Part shown: positions 33,000-44,724 of the stretch, in pieces
Numbering within the stretch: the stretch's first letter is position 1
How the letters are laid out: each line of letters opens with the position of its first letter
Assembly (NCBI GenBank): GCA_963921275.4
Contig: OZ001293.3
Location: 6,240,001 to 6,304,000, forward strand
Origin: an uncultured Hormoscilla sp.
Lineage (GTDB): Bacteria > Cyanobacteriota > Cyanobacteriia > Cyanobacteriales > Desertifilaceae
Reading direction: 5' to 3'
Length of the DNA stretch: 64,000 nucleotides
Notes under the pieces: model-generated
The model's input: only the letters and a program-made list of their open reading frames with translations
The model's database searches: none
What the model was told of the DNA's origin: nothing
Program-made: the position numbers and the translations under genes

Positions 33000-33870
33000 G
33001 GATGGGGTCGAGCCGGGAATCGCTTCCCGACCCTCCCTTGAGGAACCGGACTTGCGATTTTCACCGCATCCGGCTACTGGGTACTAGGCCCTTTTCATAG
33101 GTAGACTTAATAGGAATTACTTCCGTTAGCCCTTGCCGCCTGTCTTTTCTTCCCTTTCCTGGTTTAGCGAGTGGTTGTTCTGATAACCGTTAGTATCACC
33201 ATTTTCAAGTCAGTTTTACCAGTTATCCATACCTTATCCTCCACTTGCGTTTCGGATTAGTTCCGTGGCTTTTTAGGATTACTCATTCCAGCAGCTTCCT
33301 AGTATCACCGACCCACGTCAGCGCTGGCTACCCAGCATCATCTACATTACTGTAGATGTTATCCCAGGAATTACCCCGGGCATTCGCTTCTTGGGCCATC
33401 CCTCCCCCCGTGGCTTGCGCTTAACATCTAACTTGTCCTGATGGACAGCACACGAGAGGTTACTTCGTTCCCTAACAACATTTCGCGATACCTTTAGGTC
33501 CACACTATACCCCGGGAGCTATTTGAGTACTATATTAGCCAGAGTCTAAAACTAATACTAGCTACCATTTCCTTTTTAGGCCAGCGCATATAGCCTTATT
33601 TCGCTGGTTCCTTATAACGAGGCTTGCACATGTTTGCCTGCTCTAACCTTGGATATCTTTCCTAGCGGCGTCACCGGCTTAGGCTGCCAGTTATCCTACA
33701 TTTGAGTCCTCGCTTAGCACCACGATGATGTCGCTTCGTAGCACCGAGGACCGGTGTCACCCCCGTACCTGGGGGGAGGGGAATTTAACCCCCATGCGGT
33801 CAGAGTTCCCGGCTAATGAAACCGGGCTAGCGTTCCGTGTTTGACCACGTTAGGCTAGAACGAATCGCAC
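33000..33870 (-). mobile_element. ORF-less group II intron, type A, copy 3 (871 nt), inside an intergenic palindromic repeat
   Basis: Same termini and length as the other copies. The 5' flank on the intron strand ends AGGGTCC. Confidence 0.95.
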
Positions 33871-33981
33871 GGACCCTTTAGGGTTCGGGCGGCGAGGCCG
33901 AGTAACAACGGGTTGGTTTTGACCACAGGGCGATCGCCATTATAATATTAGCACTGACTGTTATTTCTGTTAAAGATTCTA

Positions 33982-35068
33982 TCACTGCCACTCATCCCTA
34001 ATTTGTTGCTGATACTCCAAAGGATCTTGAGTTAATTTTATCACGCCGGCATATTTACTTATGCTGGATGGGGTCGAGCCGGGAATCGCTTCCCGACCCT
34101 CCCTTGAGGAACCGGACTTGCGATTTTCACCGCATCCGGCTACTGGGTACTAGGCCCTTTTCATAGGTAGACTTAATAGGAATTACTTCCGTTAGCCCTT
34201 GCCGCCTGTCTTTTCTTCCCTTTCCTGGTTTAGCGAGTGGTTGTTCTGATAACCGTTAGTATCACCATTTTCAAGTCAGTTTTACCAGTTATCCATACCT
34301 TATCCTCCACTTGCGTTTCGGATTAGTTCCGTGGCTTTTTAGGATTACTCATTCCAGCAGCTTCCTAGTATCACCGACCCACGTCAGCGCTGGCTACCCA
34401 GCATCATCTACATTACTGTAGATGTTATCCCAGGAATTACCCCGGGCATTCGCTTCTTGGGCCATCCCTCCCCCCGTGGCTTGCGCTTAACATCTAACTT
34501 GTCCTGATGGACAGCACACGAGAGGTTACTTCGTTCCCTAACAACATTTCGCGATACCTTTAGGTCCACACTATACCCCGGGAGCTATTTGAGTACTATA
34601 TTAGCCAGAGTCTAAAACTAATACTAGCTACCATTTCCTTTTTAGGCCAGCGCATATAGCCTTATTTCGCTGGTTCCTTATAACGAGGCTTGCACATGTT
34701 TGCCTGCTCTAACCTTGGATATCTTTCCTAGCGGCGTCACCGGCTTAGGCTGCCAGTTATCCTACATTTGAGTCCTCGCTTAGCACCACGATGATGTCGC
34801 TTCGTAGCACCGAGGACCGGTGTCACCCCCGTACCTGGGGGGAGGGGAATTTAACCCCCATGCGGTCAGAGTTCCCGGCTAATGAAACCGGGCTAGCGTT
34901 CCGTGTTTGACCACGTTAGGCTAGAACGAATCGCACAGACTCCTCTTGTTTAGGTAACTGACATTCTGCCAACAGCTTTTCAATTTTCTGCCAGTCCTGA
35001 TAATCAATCAACACAGCAACTGGACGCATAGCTTCATCGGTGACAATCTTTTTCTTAAAATGTAACAT
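33982..35068 (-). CDS. 71-aa antitoxin-like hypothetical protein, spliced (exons 35068-34937 and 34065-33982)
   Basis: Intron removal gives MLHFKKKIVTDEAMRPVAVLIDYQDWQKIEKLLAECQLPKQEES|SISKYAGVIKLTQDPLEYQQQIRDEWQ*. Confidence 0.8.
34066..34936 (-). mobile_element. ORF-less group II intron, type A, copy 4 (871 nt), sense to its host gene
   Basis: Same termini. The 5' exon ends GAGTCT, perfectly complementary to EBS1 AGACTC. Confidence 0.95.
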
Positions 35069-35255
35069 CACAACCCTCTCGATACTTAAAGGTTAAATTA
35101 TATAATGGCTTCATACCTGGTAATTGTATAGTTAAAAATATGCGATACTTGTTATTAATTATTTTAACCAATTTTAAATTTTAACCAAATAACTTTTAAT
35201 TACTTAACAATCATCGCCAGTCTTTTGCCTCTAATGTTCTCAGGTCTTGCCGAAA

Positions 35256-35456
35256 TTACTCAACACCATAATGAATGGGAATTTTGCGGCTACCTAAAAT
35301 TCTGTGAAACTCTAGTTGATTCCTACCTGCAAATTTGCTTGCTGTACCCAAGGTAATCTTTTCCTGCTGAAAAAGCAGTATGGCAATTTCTAGCTTAAGA
35401 ACGGCTTCAGAGATATGTGCCGCTTGCAGAAACTCATCGGGAATAACCAAACTCAT
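35256..35456 (-). CDS. UPF0175-family antitoxin-like protein, possibly truncated
   Basis: LKLEIAILLFQQEKITLGTASKFAG...FHRILGSRKIP. Confidence 0.75.
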   Translation of the reverse strand: MSLVIPDEFLQAAHISEAVLKLEIAILLFQQEKITLGTASKFAGRNQLEFHRILGSRKIPIHYGVE

Positions 35457-35612
35457 TTGTTCAATCTCCTTGTTTACTCAGATCTGACACCTGTTGCAAC
35501 TAGAGGCATATCCTCTCGAATATCATGACCAGGCGATCGCCTAGTAATTCAGTTGCCAAGTTCTCTAATGTCAGCTGGTCTTGCACTCCCCAAGGAATTC
35601 AAAATAACTTGC

Positions 35613-35885
35613 TCAACCACGATATTCGTCTCCTTCCCGGAGTTGGCGAATTAGTGGTACAGAATTGGGATGTATTCCAGTACGGACTCTGATTTGTTCC
35701 CGGAGGCGGGCGATCGCCGCATCTGTTGCTAAGAACTGCTGCCGGCGACGCTCCCGATCGTCTTTATCTTGCTGCTCTAGGTACGCTATGAATTCTCTTG
35801 CTAGGCGCGATCGCTCATCAGAAAGCTGCCCCAAACTGGATTGAACTTCCTCAAATAAACTATTGTGCTGCTGTTGCGGTTCCAT
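35613..35885 (-). CDS. Hypothetical antitoxin-like protein
   Basis: 90-aa ORF ending SVPLIRQLREGDEYRG. Its 3' end is echoed by a remnant at ~28528-28575. Confidence 0.6.
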   Translation of the reverse strand: MEPQQQHNSLFEEVQSSLGQLSDERSRLAREFIAYLEQQDKDDRERRRQQFLATDAAIARLREQIRVRTGIHPNSVPLIRQLREGDEYRG

Positions 35886-36067
35886 CGTGACCTCCCATTC
35901 ACTAGGTTGATTGTAAAACGCTGTGGATCTGTTCAGTTGCTAGTTCTATTTTATCGTGGTGGGTGCCACTCTTACACCAATTGCAATTAGAGGCAGAGCC
36001 TCTAGAATATCATTACCAGGCCGGAGCCTGGTAACGAGGGAAAAATGCTTCGCCCCCGGGATGCATC

Positions 36068-37900
36068 TTAGAAGTTCTCGTGGTTGGAGATCGCCTCTTT
36101 CAACCTGTCGAGAACCTCGGCCACAGGGATAGCGCCCAAATCTTGAGAAGGAACGCCCGCAGCGCGAGTTCTAATACTCAGAGTATTATCTGCGAGTTCC
36201 TGGGCACCCACGATCGCCATCACGGGAATTTTCTGTTTCTCAGCATTGCGAATCATCTTCGGCAGGCGATCGCCAGTGGTATCCACCTCCACGCGCATGG
36301 CAAAGGAACGCATTTTATCTGCCACCTCTTTAGCGAAGTCCAACTGCGCGTCACTCACGGGCAAAAACCGCACTTGTACGGGTGCTAACCACAGGGGAAA
36401 ATCTCCCGCATACTCCTCAATTAAAATGCCAATTAACCGTTCCAGGGAGCCAAAAGGAGCCCGGTGAATCATGACTGGCCGTTGGCGAGAACCGTCCTCC
36501 GCCACGTACTGCAAATCAAAGCGATCGGGCAAATTATAATCCACCTGTACCGTACCCAACTGCCACTCACGTTCCAGGGCATCCCGGAAGATAAAATCCA
36601 ACTTGGGACCGTAAAACGCCGCTTCCCCAATGCCTTCAAAATGCTCCATCCCCAAGGTTTCCACCGCCCGACGAATGGCGTTTTGGGCTTTTTCCCAAGC
36701 CTCATCGGAACCGATATATTTATCCAAATTCGGATCGCGGAAACTCAGTCGGGCTCTAAAATTGCTCAAGCGCAAAGTTCCGAACACCGACAAGGTTAAA
36801 TCTACCACATTCAAGAATTCCCCATCCAGTTGTGCGGGGGTCACGAACAAGTGAGAATCATCCTGGGTAAAGCCTCGCACTCGCGTTAAGCCCCCCAATT
36901 CTCCTGATTGTTCGTAGCGGTAGACAGTGCCGAACTCCGCCAGACGCATGGGCAACTCCCCGTACGATCGCAACTCGTTCTGATAGATTTGGATGTGGAA
37001 AGGACAATTCATCGCTTTCAGGACGAAGCCCTCATCTTCGGACTCTCCCATCATCGGAAACAAATCTTCTTTATATTTCTGCCAATGTCCGGACGTCTTG
37101 AACAAATCGACTCTACCGATATGGGGCGTTACTACCTGCTGATAACCCCGTTTGATTTGTTCTTGCTTGAGAAAATCTTCTAGCAGACTCCTAACCACAG
37201 TTCCTTTGGGCGTCCACAAAGGCAAACCCGGTCCCACCCGATCGGAAAACAGAAATAAACCCAATTCCTTACCCAGCTTGCGGTGATCCCGCTTGAGGGC
37301 TTCTTCCTTGCGGCGCTTGTACTCCGTTAGCTGTTCCGGTGCCTCCCAGGCCGTGCCGTAAATCCGTTGCAGTTGCGCCTTCGTGGCATCCCCTCGCCAG
37401 TAAGCACCGGCCACGCTTTCCAAATCAATAGCTTTGGGGTCGATCTCACTCGTATTTTCCAGATGAGGACCGGCACATAAATCCCACCACTGGTCTCCCA
37501 GGTGGTAGATGGAGATCGGATCTTCTAATCCTGCTAAGATTTCTAGCTTATAAGGCTCATTAATTTCTGCGATCCGACGCTGGGCTTCTTCCCGGCTGAC
37601 CTCTTCCCGAATCACCGGCAATTTCCGGTTGACGATCTTGATCATCTCCTTCTTGATCGCCTTCAAGTCCTTTTCCGTGAAGGGTTCTGGATGATCGAAG
37701 TCATAGTAAAAACCATTCTCGATCCAGGGACCGATCGTCACCTGGGCCTTGGGAAACAGCTTTTGCACCGCCATGGCCATGACGTGAGAAGTCGTGTGAC
37801 GGATTTTTTTCAACGACTCCGACTCGCTAGTGCGCGGCAACTGAATTTTTGCCGGTTGCACTTCCTGTGATTCTGATTCAGGTATCTCTTGCTTAACCAT
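36068..37900 (-). CDS. thrS: Threonyl-tRNA synthetase
   Basis: RHTTSH, DLCAGPH, RDHRKLG, MNCPFH, GEAAFYGPK. Confidence 0.99.
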   Translation of the reverse strand: MVKQEIPESESQEVQPAKIQLPRTSESESLKKIRHTTSHVMAMAVQKLFPKAQVTIGPWIENGFYYDFDHPEPFTEKDLKAIKKEMIKIVNRKLPVIREEVSREEAQRRIAEINEPYKLEILAGLEDPISIYHLGDQWWDLCAGPHLENTSEIDPKAIDLESVAGAYWRGDATKAQLQRIYGTAWEAPEQLTEYKRRKEEALKRDHRKLGKELGLFLFSDRVGPGLPLWTPKGTVVRSLLEDFLKQEQIKRGYQQVVTPHIGRVDLFKTSGHWQKYKEDLFPMMGESEDEGFVLKAMNCPFHIQIYQNELRSYGELPMRLAEFGTVYRYEQSGELGGLTRVRGFTQDDSHLFVTPAQLDGEFLNVVDLTLSVFGTLRLSNFRARLSFRDPNLDKYIGSDEAWEKAQNAIRRAVETLGMEHFEGIGEAAFYGPKLDFIFRDALEREWQLGTVQVDYNLPDRFDLQYVAEDGSRQRPVMIHRAPFGSLERLIGILIEEYAGDFPLWLAPVQVRFLPVSDAQLDFAKEVADKMRSFAMRVEVDTTGDRLPKMIRNAEKQKIPVMAIVGAQELADNTLSIRTRAAGVPSQDLGAIPVAEVLDRLKEAISNHENF

Positions 37901-38395
37901 GCAGCTTTATTTCTTGATATCATCGGTTCGGGCGTCACCCTAATGTAGCATAGCGAAAGTAAATTACCAGCAGGCCCCATCTCGAACTGATGCTTTGGCT
38001 AGGGAAACTGATAACCGTAAACCGATCGCTAATATTAGGGTTCCACCGTTCATAGCCTCTATCTTACCGATGTTGTCCGGAAGCGGCCCGAGACCGAGAA
38101 TATGAAACAGAAAGTTTCATATTGTAAAGAAACGTAACTTATGTTAAGATTATTAAGTAAGTCAGTCCATTGCGATCGCCTTATGCTTAACTCAAATTTG
38201 GCACCAGCTGAGCTGTTATTGCCGGTGCGGCCCGATTTGCCGCCGGTGGTTTAGCTGGGAGCAAGGGGTTAGCATCAGCAGCAATCAGCACCAAAACACA
38301 AACGCTCCCAGTTGGCCCAAGACTGGGAAAATAGGATTCACTTTGTTTCAAGGCGTTAAAAAGCTATATAACCATCTGGTCTGGAGGAAAGTCGT

Positions 38396-38728
38396 ATGTT
38401 ACACCTGCTTTATATTCTTGCCTTTACTACCCTGGCTTTGATCGCACTACGGAATTTAATCGGCAACCTGTTAACCCTGGGTATAGACTCTACCCGCAAT
38501 TATCCGCCCCAAAGGCCAAACATCGGTAAAAACACTTATCAGTCCCTCGCTAGGTCTGGCCGTCAAGCTGTGCCTCATCCAGAATTTTTGGATGAAGCGG
38601 GTAACGTGATCGACGAACCCCTGCTGGTGATGCGATCGATGACAGTAGAAGATGCCCGCTCCAAATTGGACGCCCTGTACAACTCAACTCCGGAATCTTC
38701 TGGTATGGAAGGTCGCGAAGAAAACTAG
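38396..38728 (+). CDS. DUF2973-like membrane protein
   Basis: MLHLLYILAFT...PHPEFLD..G....EPLLVMRS. Confidence 0.8.
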   Translation: MLHLLYILAFTTLALIALRNLIGNLLTLGIDSTRNYPPQRPNIGKNTYQSLARSGRQAVPHPEFLDEAGNVIDEPLLVMRSMTVEDARSKLDALYNSTPESSGMEGREEN

Positions 38729-38774
38729 GGCCAAGTTGTACCCCCTCCCCTGCCCCATAACCGGCGGCGGGGCT

Positions 38775-39621
38775 TTAGGTGACATGAAACAGAGGATTGA
38801 GTTTGAGTTGTTCGGGCTGAAAGTTCTGGGCCCATTCAATGAAAGCCTTTGTAACCGGTGTAGACTGAGTCTGATTAATCAATAGGGCTGTGTATTGAGT
38901 CTTCTGCTTGACGACCAGGGCACAGTGGTCTTTACTGTAAATGGTTACGTGGCGAAAGCCCTCCAGTCGCAGGGAGGACATCAGCAGCGAGCGCAATCCC
39001 AATGCCTGAAAAATAGTCTGTACCCAGCTCATGTTTTTGACTTCGTTAGTGATCAAATACTCTCTGGGCAAACCGTTTAAGTCAAAAATCGCCGCTCCTA
39101 AAATCATGTCCATGTAAGAACTACCCGAATACTGGTTAGAAGCAGATACAGAATTTCTTGGGTTGGGATCGGGCGACATGGCAGCTATACTTGTCGAAAC
39201 TGATGATTCTGACTTCGATGATAAGCATACGGTAGAAATATCTGGAAATTCATATACCCAGTTGTGGCTTGCTAATTCCTGTCGATCGCGCCCCACCAGG
39301 ACAATTTTTAGACCGGGGTATAAAGTTTGGCGTCCGCCAGCAAAATTGCTGAGTCTGCTTGTCTAGTAGCGCCACATCCAGCAGCAATACCTCTATTGTC
39401 TCGCTGCGCAGACCCTCTAACAACTCCAATTTATTGCGGCACCGCAGTGGCGACAACTCCCGTTGCCCCATCAGCTGCTCTATGCTGCGATCGCTAAACC
39501 GACTGGAAGCCAATATAATTTTGAGAGTATCAATGCTTGGGGCTATTTTCGTGAGGGGTAAAGTCATGTTTTTCATCTCCTTATAGCAGTTCCGGTTTGA
39601 AATGCTGCGATTAGTTAACAA
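38775..39621 (-). other. Two overlapping hypothetical ORFs (39250-39621, 38775-39296), possibly one frameshifted gene
   Basis: ILGAAIFDLNGLPREY...WVQTIFQALGL in the downstream ORF. The function is not recognised. Confidence 0.45.
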
Positions 39622-40033
39622 AATTTATCAACATCAAATGGCTTTTATTTCGATCTAGTATACAGCCATAGATGCCGTCCCTGATATTTTCATTCTATAA
39701 AAGTTGGGGATCGGCTTGCATCCGTATAATTACTGATCGAAGATTTCGACCATACTGACAAAAGCCATAGCATTTGGGATTTGCGATTTGAGATCGGAGC
39801 TTGACAAATGGTTAAGCCTGACTGCTTATTTATTATGATGCAGTCCGGATGTTGACGATCGGGTTTGACTTGGGGTTAAAGTTATGTATAAGTTGTCGGG
39901 AGCAGATGCAACTAAGTAAATAAGTATTTTTGCTCTCAGACGCGAGCGCTTGCTATTGAGACCACTAATAATTGATAATTGACGGACAGGCTCCACGCCC
40001 GTCCTGGGCAACTGACAACTGACCGCTGATATG

Positions 40034-40288
40034 TTATAATTGAGAAGGAGATGTCGGCGCAATTTCAACACCACCCTTCTGCTTGACTATTTGCTGAGTA
40101 TTTATTAGATCGGTGATTTATGTGATTTTGACGCCAATTTCCTGACAAGCTTGCTTGAGTAATTTCCTAAAATTATCTACATTATCGCCATAGCCACATT
40201 GCTTGGCGGCGGTAGCAATTCCTTGCTTGGCGTTGGCTTTAGCACAGTCAATGAGTTCGTTTCCTTTCAGGGGTTGAGATGCTGTCAT
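40034..40288 (-). pseudogene. Small conserved cyanobacterial protein with in-frame TAA at 40118-40120
   Basis: MTASQPLKGNELIDCAKANAKQGIATAAKQCGYG...VKIT*ITDLI...GVEIAPTSPSQL. Confidence 0.7.
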
Positions 40289-40391
40289 CGGTACTCCATA
40301 ATTATAAATTAATTCTAAAATAGTATTAGAGATAACAAAATCGCATCCCTCTGAGGTGATAAGTTATTGCTCCTGTTAGGAGAGTCGATCC

Positions 40392-41570
40392 CTAGGAATA
40401 CCAGTATTTGTAGGCGACATAGGCCAGGGTGACGACGCCAATGACGATCGCAGATTCATCGATAGCAAATTGGGGATGATGCAGGGGATAATTAGGTTTT
40501 TCGGACTGTCCTCCCACACCGAGGCGAAACATGGTGCCGGGTGCATGTTCGAGATACATGGAAAAATCTTCAGCACCCAGGGAGGGTTCGGGTAAAACTT
40601 GCACCCTCTCGTTCCCCCAAGCTTCTCTGGCGCAGGTTTCTACCAACTGTGTCAATCCTGGGTCATTTTGCACTGAGGGCAGTCCTCGGCGATAATTTAA
40701 TTCATAGCGGGCTCCGTAACTGTCGCAGATACCTTTGACAATTTTCTCGATCCATGCTGGTAAATTCGCGCTAGTTTCCGGATGGAGCGATCGCGCGGTT
40801 CCGACTAAGCGCACTTGGTCAGCAATCACATTTGGTGCCCGTCCGCCGCTAATTTGACCGAATGTCAGCACTAGGGGACGCAAGGAATTGGTGGTGCGAC
40901 TGATGGCTTGCTGTAAAGTAGTAATCACCATCGCCGCAATCCAGATAGCATCTACAGCTTCGTGGGGACGGGCACCATGACCAGATTCGCCGATAATCGT
41001 CAGTTCTAGATCGTCAGCGGTAGCGGTTAAGGCCCCGTAGCGGACCCCAATCGATCCAGCCTGGATGGAGGGGAAAACATGAACGCCCAGAATTGCGCTC
41101 ACATTTTCCATTACTGCATCCTGCACCATCCAGCTAGCACCTTGACCAATTTCCTCAGCGGGTTGAAACAGCAAGCGGACAGTACCCGGTAATTTTATCC
41201 CCAGTTGGGAGAGCACCATTGCCGTGCCTAATCCTACCGTAGTATGGACATCGTGACCGCAGGCATGCATGACCCCGGTCTGGTGAGAAGCATAAGAAAG
41301 ATGGGTGCGTTCCACAATGGGTAAGGCATCCATATCGGTTCTAATTGCTAGCAGGCGTCCGTCCTTACCTTCACCATCTAGTTCGGCGAGGACGCCAGTT
41401 TTTCCTACATCTTCTCGCACATGGAGTCCCAAGGAAGAAAGAACGCCTGCAACATAGGCAGCAGTTTGATATTCTTGACCGCTTAATTCTGGGTGGGCGT
41501 GGATGTGGCGACGAATTTCAATCAGTCGAGGGGCGAAGTTCGCGGCTAAATCTTTAATCTGGGCGAGCAT
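40392..41570 (-). CDS. M20-family amidohydrolase
   Basis: RTDMDALP, MHACGHD, FQPAEE, GAEDF. Confidence 0.95.
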   Translation of the reverse strand: MLAQIKDLAANFAPRLIEIRRHIHAHPELSGQEYQTAAYVAGVLSSLGLHVREDVGKTGVLAELDGEGKDGRLLAIRTDMDALPIVERTHLSYASHQTGVMHACGHDVHTTVGLGTAMVLSQLGIKLPGTVRLLFQPAEEIGQGASWMVQDAVMENVSAILGVHVFPSIQAGSIGVRYGALTATADDLELTIIGESGHGARPHEAVDAIWIAAMVITTLQQAISRTTNSLRPLVLTFGQISGGRAPNVIADQVRLVGTARSLHPETSANLPAWIEKIVKGICDSYGARYELNYRRGLPSVQNDPGLTQLVETCAREAWGNERVQVLPEPSLGAEDFSMYLEHAPGTMFRLGVGGQSEKPNYPLHHPQFAIDESAIVIGVVTLAYVAYKYWYS

Positions 41571-41645
41571 GGTTTACTACAAAAGGCTGGTGGATGGGTA
41601 TTATCATTATGATAACATGGAAATATCTCCTTTGGAGATGAAGTC

Positions 41646-42269
41646 ATGGTGGCAACAATTGCAGCAGAAGATATTACCCGGCGTCAATTAAGGCATAAAT
41701 TTGGCCTGGAACGCACTGAAGATGAGCAGTTATTCCGAGAGTGGCAAGATGATTTACCCGAACTCACTGATTTAGAAAAGCAACTTCTAGATGATGTAAA
41801 GAGTGATTATCGCTACTTGTCTGAGTCTATTATGCTGGAAGTAATCGTAAAAATGGTGGTGCTGTCACCACTGTTGAGGCTAGCAGGTTTTTATCGCCCG
41901 CCCTTTGATATTACCGCTGAGAAAGAAATTGATATTTCATCGTTTAATGAGGAAACTATTATCAAAGGACGCATTGATATCCTGATTTTTAAGCCTGAGT
42001 TTTGGATAACTGTGATTGAGACGAAAAGGACACAATACTCCCTGGAAGCAGCGATACCACAAGCACTGGCTTATATGCTGAGTAATCCTCAGCCAGACAA
42101 ACCTGTGCTGGGGTTTGTCACGAATGGCAGTGAGTATAGGTTCCTGAAACTGACCAAACAAAACACGCCCAAGTATGCTCAGTCGGATCTGTTCTCGATC
42201 GATAGCCGGAATGATTTGTATACTGCCCTAAGAGTGTTAAAGCGCATGGCTCAATTAGTCAGTCAGTAA
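41646..42269 (+). CDS. Type I restriction enzyme R N-terminal-like nuclease-fold protein
   Basis: GRIDIL...VIETK...QALAYM...VTNG. Confidence 0.8.
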   Translation: MVATIAAEDITRRQLRHKFGLERTEDEQLFREWQDDLPELTDLEKQLLDDVKSDYRYLSESIMLEVIVKMVVLSPLLRLAGFYRPPFDITAEKEIDISSFNEETIIKGRIDILIFKPEFWITVIETKRTQYSLEAAIPQALAYMLSNPQPDKPVLGFVTNGSEYRFLKLTKQNTPKYAQSDLFSIDSRNDLYTALRVLKRMAQLVSQ

Positions 42270-42400
42270 CCGATGAAAGCCTATCCCTCAGTAAAGTAGC
42301 CCAGAAACAGTGTTTCTTCAAGAAACCCTGTTTCTTAATTCTTGCATCATTCTCCAACAAATGATAAAATGAGTAAGTGCTGCAAAGGAGAATCATAGTT

Positions 42401-42949
42401 ATGGTAACTGCGACAGTTGTTTGCAAAGAATCAAATGTCTTCTCCCTAGAAGACTATATGCTCGATCCCCCTGATAATATGGAATGGGTAGATGGGATAT
42501 TAGTGGAGAAAAACGGAATGACAGCAAAGCACGGTCGCATTCAAGCTAGATTAGCTGCTTACTGGATCAATTATAAGCATTCCAGCGGTCAGGGAGGAGA
42601 AGTTTATACTGAAACCCCTTGTCGCACCTTTTCACAAGGCCGTCGTCCTGATGTTTCCTACTTGACTCCAGAACTGGTGGAGCAATTTGGCGATTTTACC
42701 ATGCTACCCCAGAGTTTCCCCTTAATTGCTGAGATCATCTCTCCCACTGATACCACCGAAGCAGTATTTGGTAAAGTCAGAGAATATTTACAGTCCGGTT
42801 GTCAGGAAATCTGGTTAGTGTTTCCGGAAAGTCAGTGGGTTTTGGTCATCACTCAACAGCGACAGGTTTTGTTGAGCAGTGGCGATGTCGTCAGTACTCA
42901 AACTGTTCTCGAAGGTTTTTCTGTAGCAGTTGATGAATTATTGGCTTAA
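42401..42949 (+). CDS. Uma2-family endonuclease
   Basis: RRPDVSY, IAEIISP, KVREYL..G..EIWLVFP. Confidence 0.9.
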   Translation: MVTATVVCKESNVFSLEDYMLDPPDNMEWVDGILVEKNGMTAKHGRIQARLAAYWINYKHSSGQGGEVYTETPCRTFSQGRRPDVSYLTPELVEQFGDFTMLPQSFPLIAEIISPTDTTEAVFGKVREYLQSGCQEIWLVFPESQWVLVITQQRQVLLSSGDVVSTQTVLEGFSVAVDELLA

Positions 42950-43715
42950 TTCTCTCTATTCAGCTTCGTCAGTAGCCCAGAAACCTGGTTTTTGGGAAAA
43001 ACCGGGTTTCTTAATTATTTCATTACAGGGATAACATTGGCTAGCTACTTATCTATTTGTACAGTTTTTTCGTGACTTTTAATTAAGCTCTCACAATCAT
43101 CCCAGGTTGTTTTTAAAGCTGCTATAGAAGCTTTATAACTAGCTAGTGTTTTTGGGTTGATGGCACACTAAAAAAATTCTGATGATTTTCTATCTCAATA
43201 AATTACCCCATCGCAGGCACTCGACTACATTCAGTAATTTTGGCGATTGAAAGGCTCTCGTAATCTTCTTTAAGATATACACAAATCTCGATCTTGTTTG
43301 TGCTCCTGCTATTATAATTTTGCAATGCTTCAGGAGTTGTTTGGGTTGATGTTTTCATCACCTGTAATCCTCGATCGCTCATGATTTTCTCCACATTAAA
43401 TACTTCAGATTACTATGGGTCTATTTACGATCTATTAACAGAAGTTAACATATTTTTATTGACCATTACTCCCAATTTATATCACTAGACAGACATGAGG
43501 CAAGATAAAATCATGTCTGTCTAGTGGCAGGACAGACATATTGGTCATCGTTGTGCTCGGGGACGGTTTATAATTAAGCTTTATTACAGTTGACAGAACC
43601 AGGTTGACTGGCTGATTCAACTACGATCGCGATCTAGATCGCGACAATACAGGTAATTTACTCGCCCTGATCGAGCAACTGATTGCCACCAACTGCACTG
43701 GCCTTGGAGATATAG

Positions 43716-44102
43716 ATGCTACGATTAGAACATATCAGCAAAATTTACCCTACTGGCGTTGTCCTCAAAGATATTAACTGGGAAGTGAAACCAAGCGATC
43801 GGGTAGGATTGGTAGGCGTCAACGGCTGCGGTAAGTCCACCCAGCTGAAGATTATTACAGGTGAAATCGAACCGACTGCCGGTGAATTGATTAGACCTGC
43901 GGCTCTCCATATAGCTTACCTGACCCAAGAGTTTGATGTTGACCCCGACTATACCCTCCGGGAAGGCGGAAGCTTTGGACTTGGACAAAACCGTGATGGA
44001 TACCATTCACGACGAAGTTCCTGACTGGAAAAATGAGGAAGTCCGTACTCTTTTGGGAAGCTTCCTGTTCAGCGGCGACACGGTCTTTAAGCAGGTGAAA
44101 GC
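43716..44102 (+). pseudogene. ABC-F ATPase remnant with a large internal deletion, truncated by an IS
   Basis: GVNGCGKST, then a jump to AEALDLDKTV...RTLLGSFLFSGD from the second cassette. Confidence 0.85.
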
Positions 44103-44690
44103 GGGCGTATCTAAAGGTTGGGGGAGAACTTTGGGACTGAATGTAAAAGAGTATCAAAGCGTTGATTGACCCAACCCAAGGGAAGGTAGAAGAGATGATT
44201 GAAACCAGTCTCGCTCCAACCTATTCCCACCTCCTTAAAGCGTTGCTGAATCAACCTAGACCATGCACTTTCCACCAGACCAGAACCAAAGGCAACTGCT
44301 CCTGTTCAAAATTGGAATAAGCCACATGCTGACGGTGCTTTTGGAAATATGCTTGTACTTGCGTAAGTATATTCATTGATTCGTCTTTCAAAGTCAAAGT
44401 ATTTACCAGTCGGGTCAACTCCATTAGCACTTGGGTATGTTTGCCATGACCTAGGAGATGTCGCCAGGGTTCAAAGCAAACCTGAGTCGCTTCGGAGTCA
44501 TGCCCCAACCAAGCAGTTGCCCCTCGCCACAGATGACCAGCCCCATGGTAAAAGTCGAGAATACCGATCGCGCAGTGAGCAAAGCACTCTCGCGCTTAGT
44601 CGCCAAAAGCCTACTCCACCGTCCGCCATACCACCTTCGGTGCTTGATCAAGTCCTTGATGCAAGGACTCCCAAAGCAATCGGGGTTTTA
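44103..44690 (-). mobile_element. ISKra4-like transposase C-terminal remnant
   Basis: Frameshifted GSGLVESA...LIQQRFK..G..W motif, ending at GGGCGTATC. Confidence 0.65.
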
Positions 44691-44724
44691 AAGTATCGAT
44701 CTCTCCTAACACTGCTACTAATCG

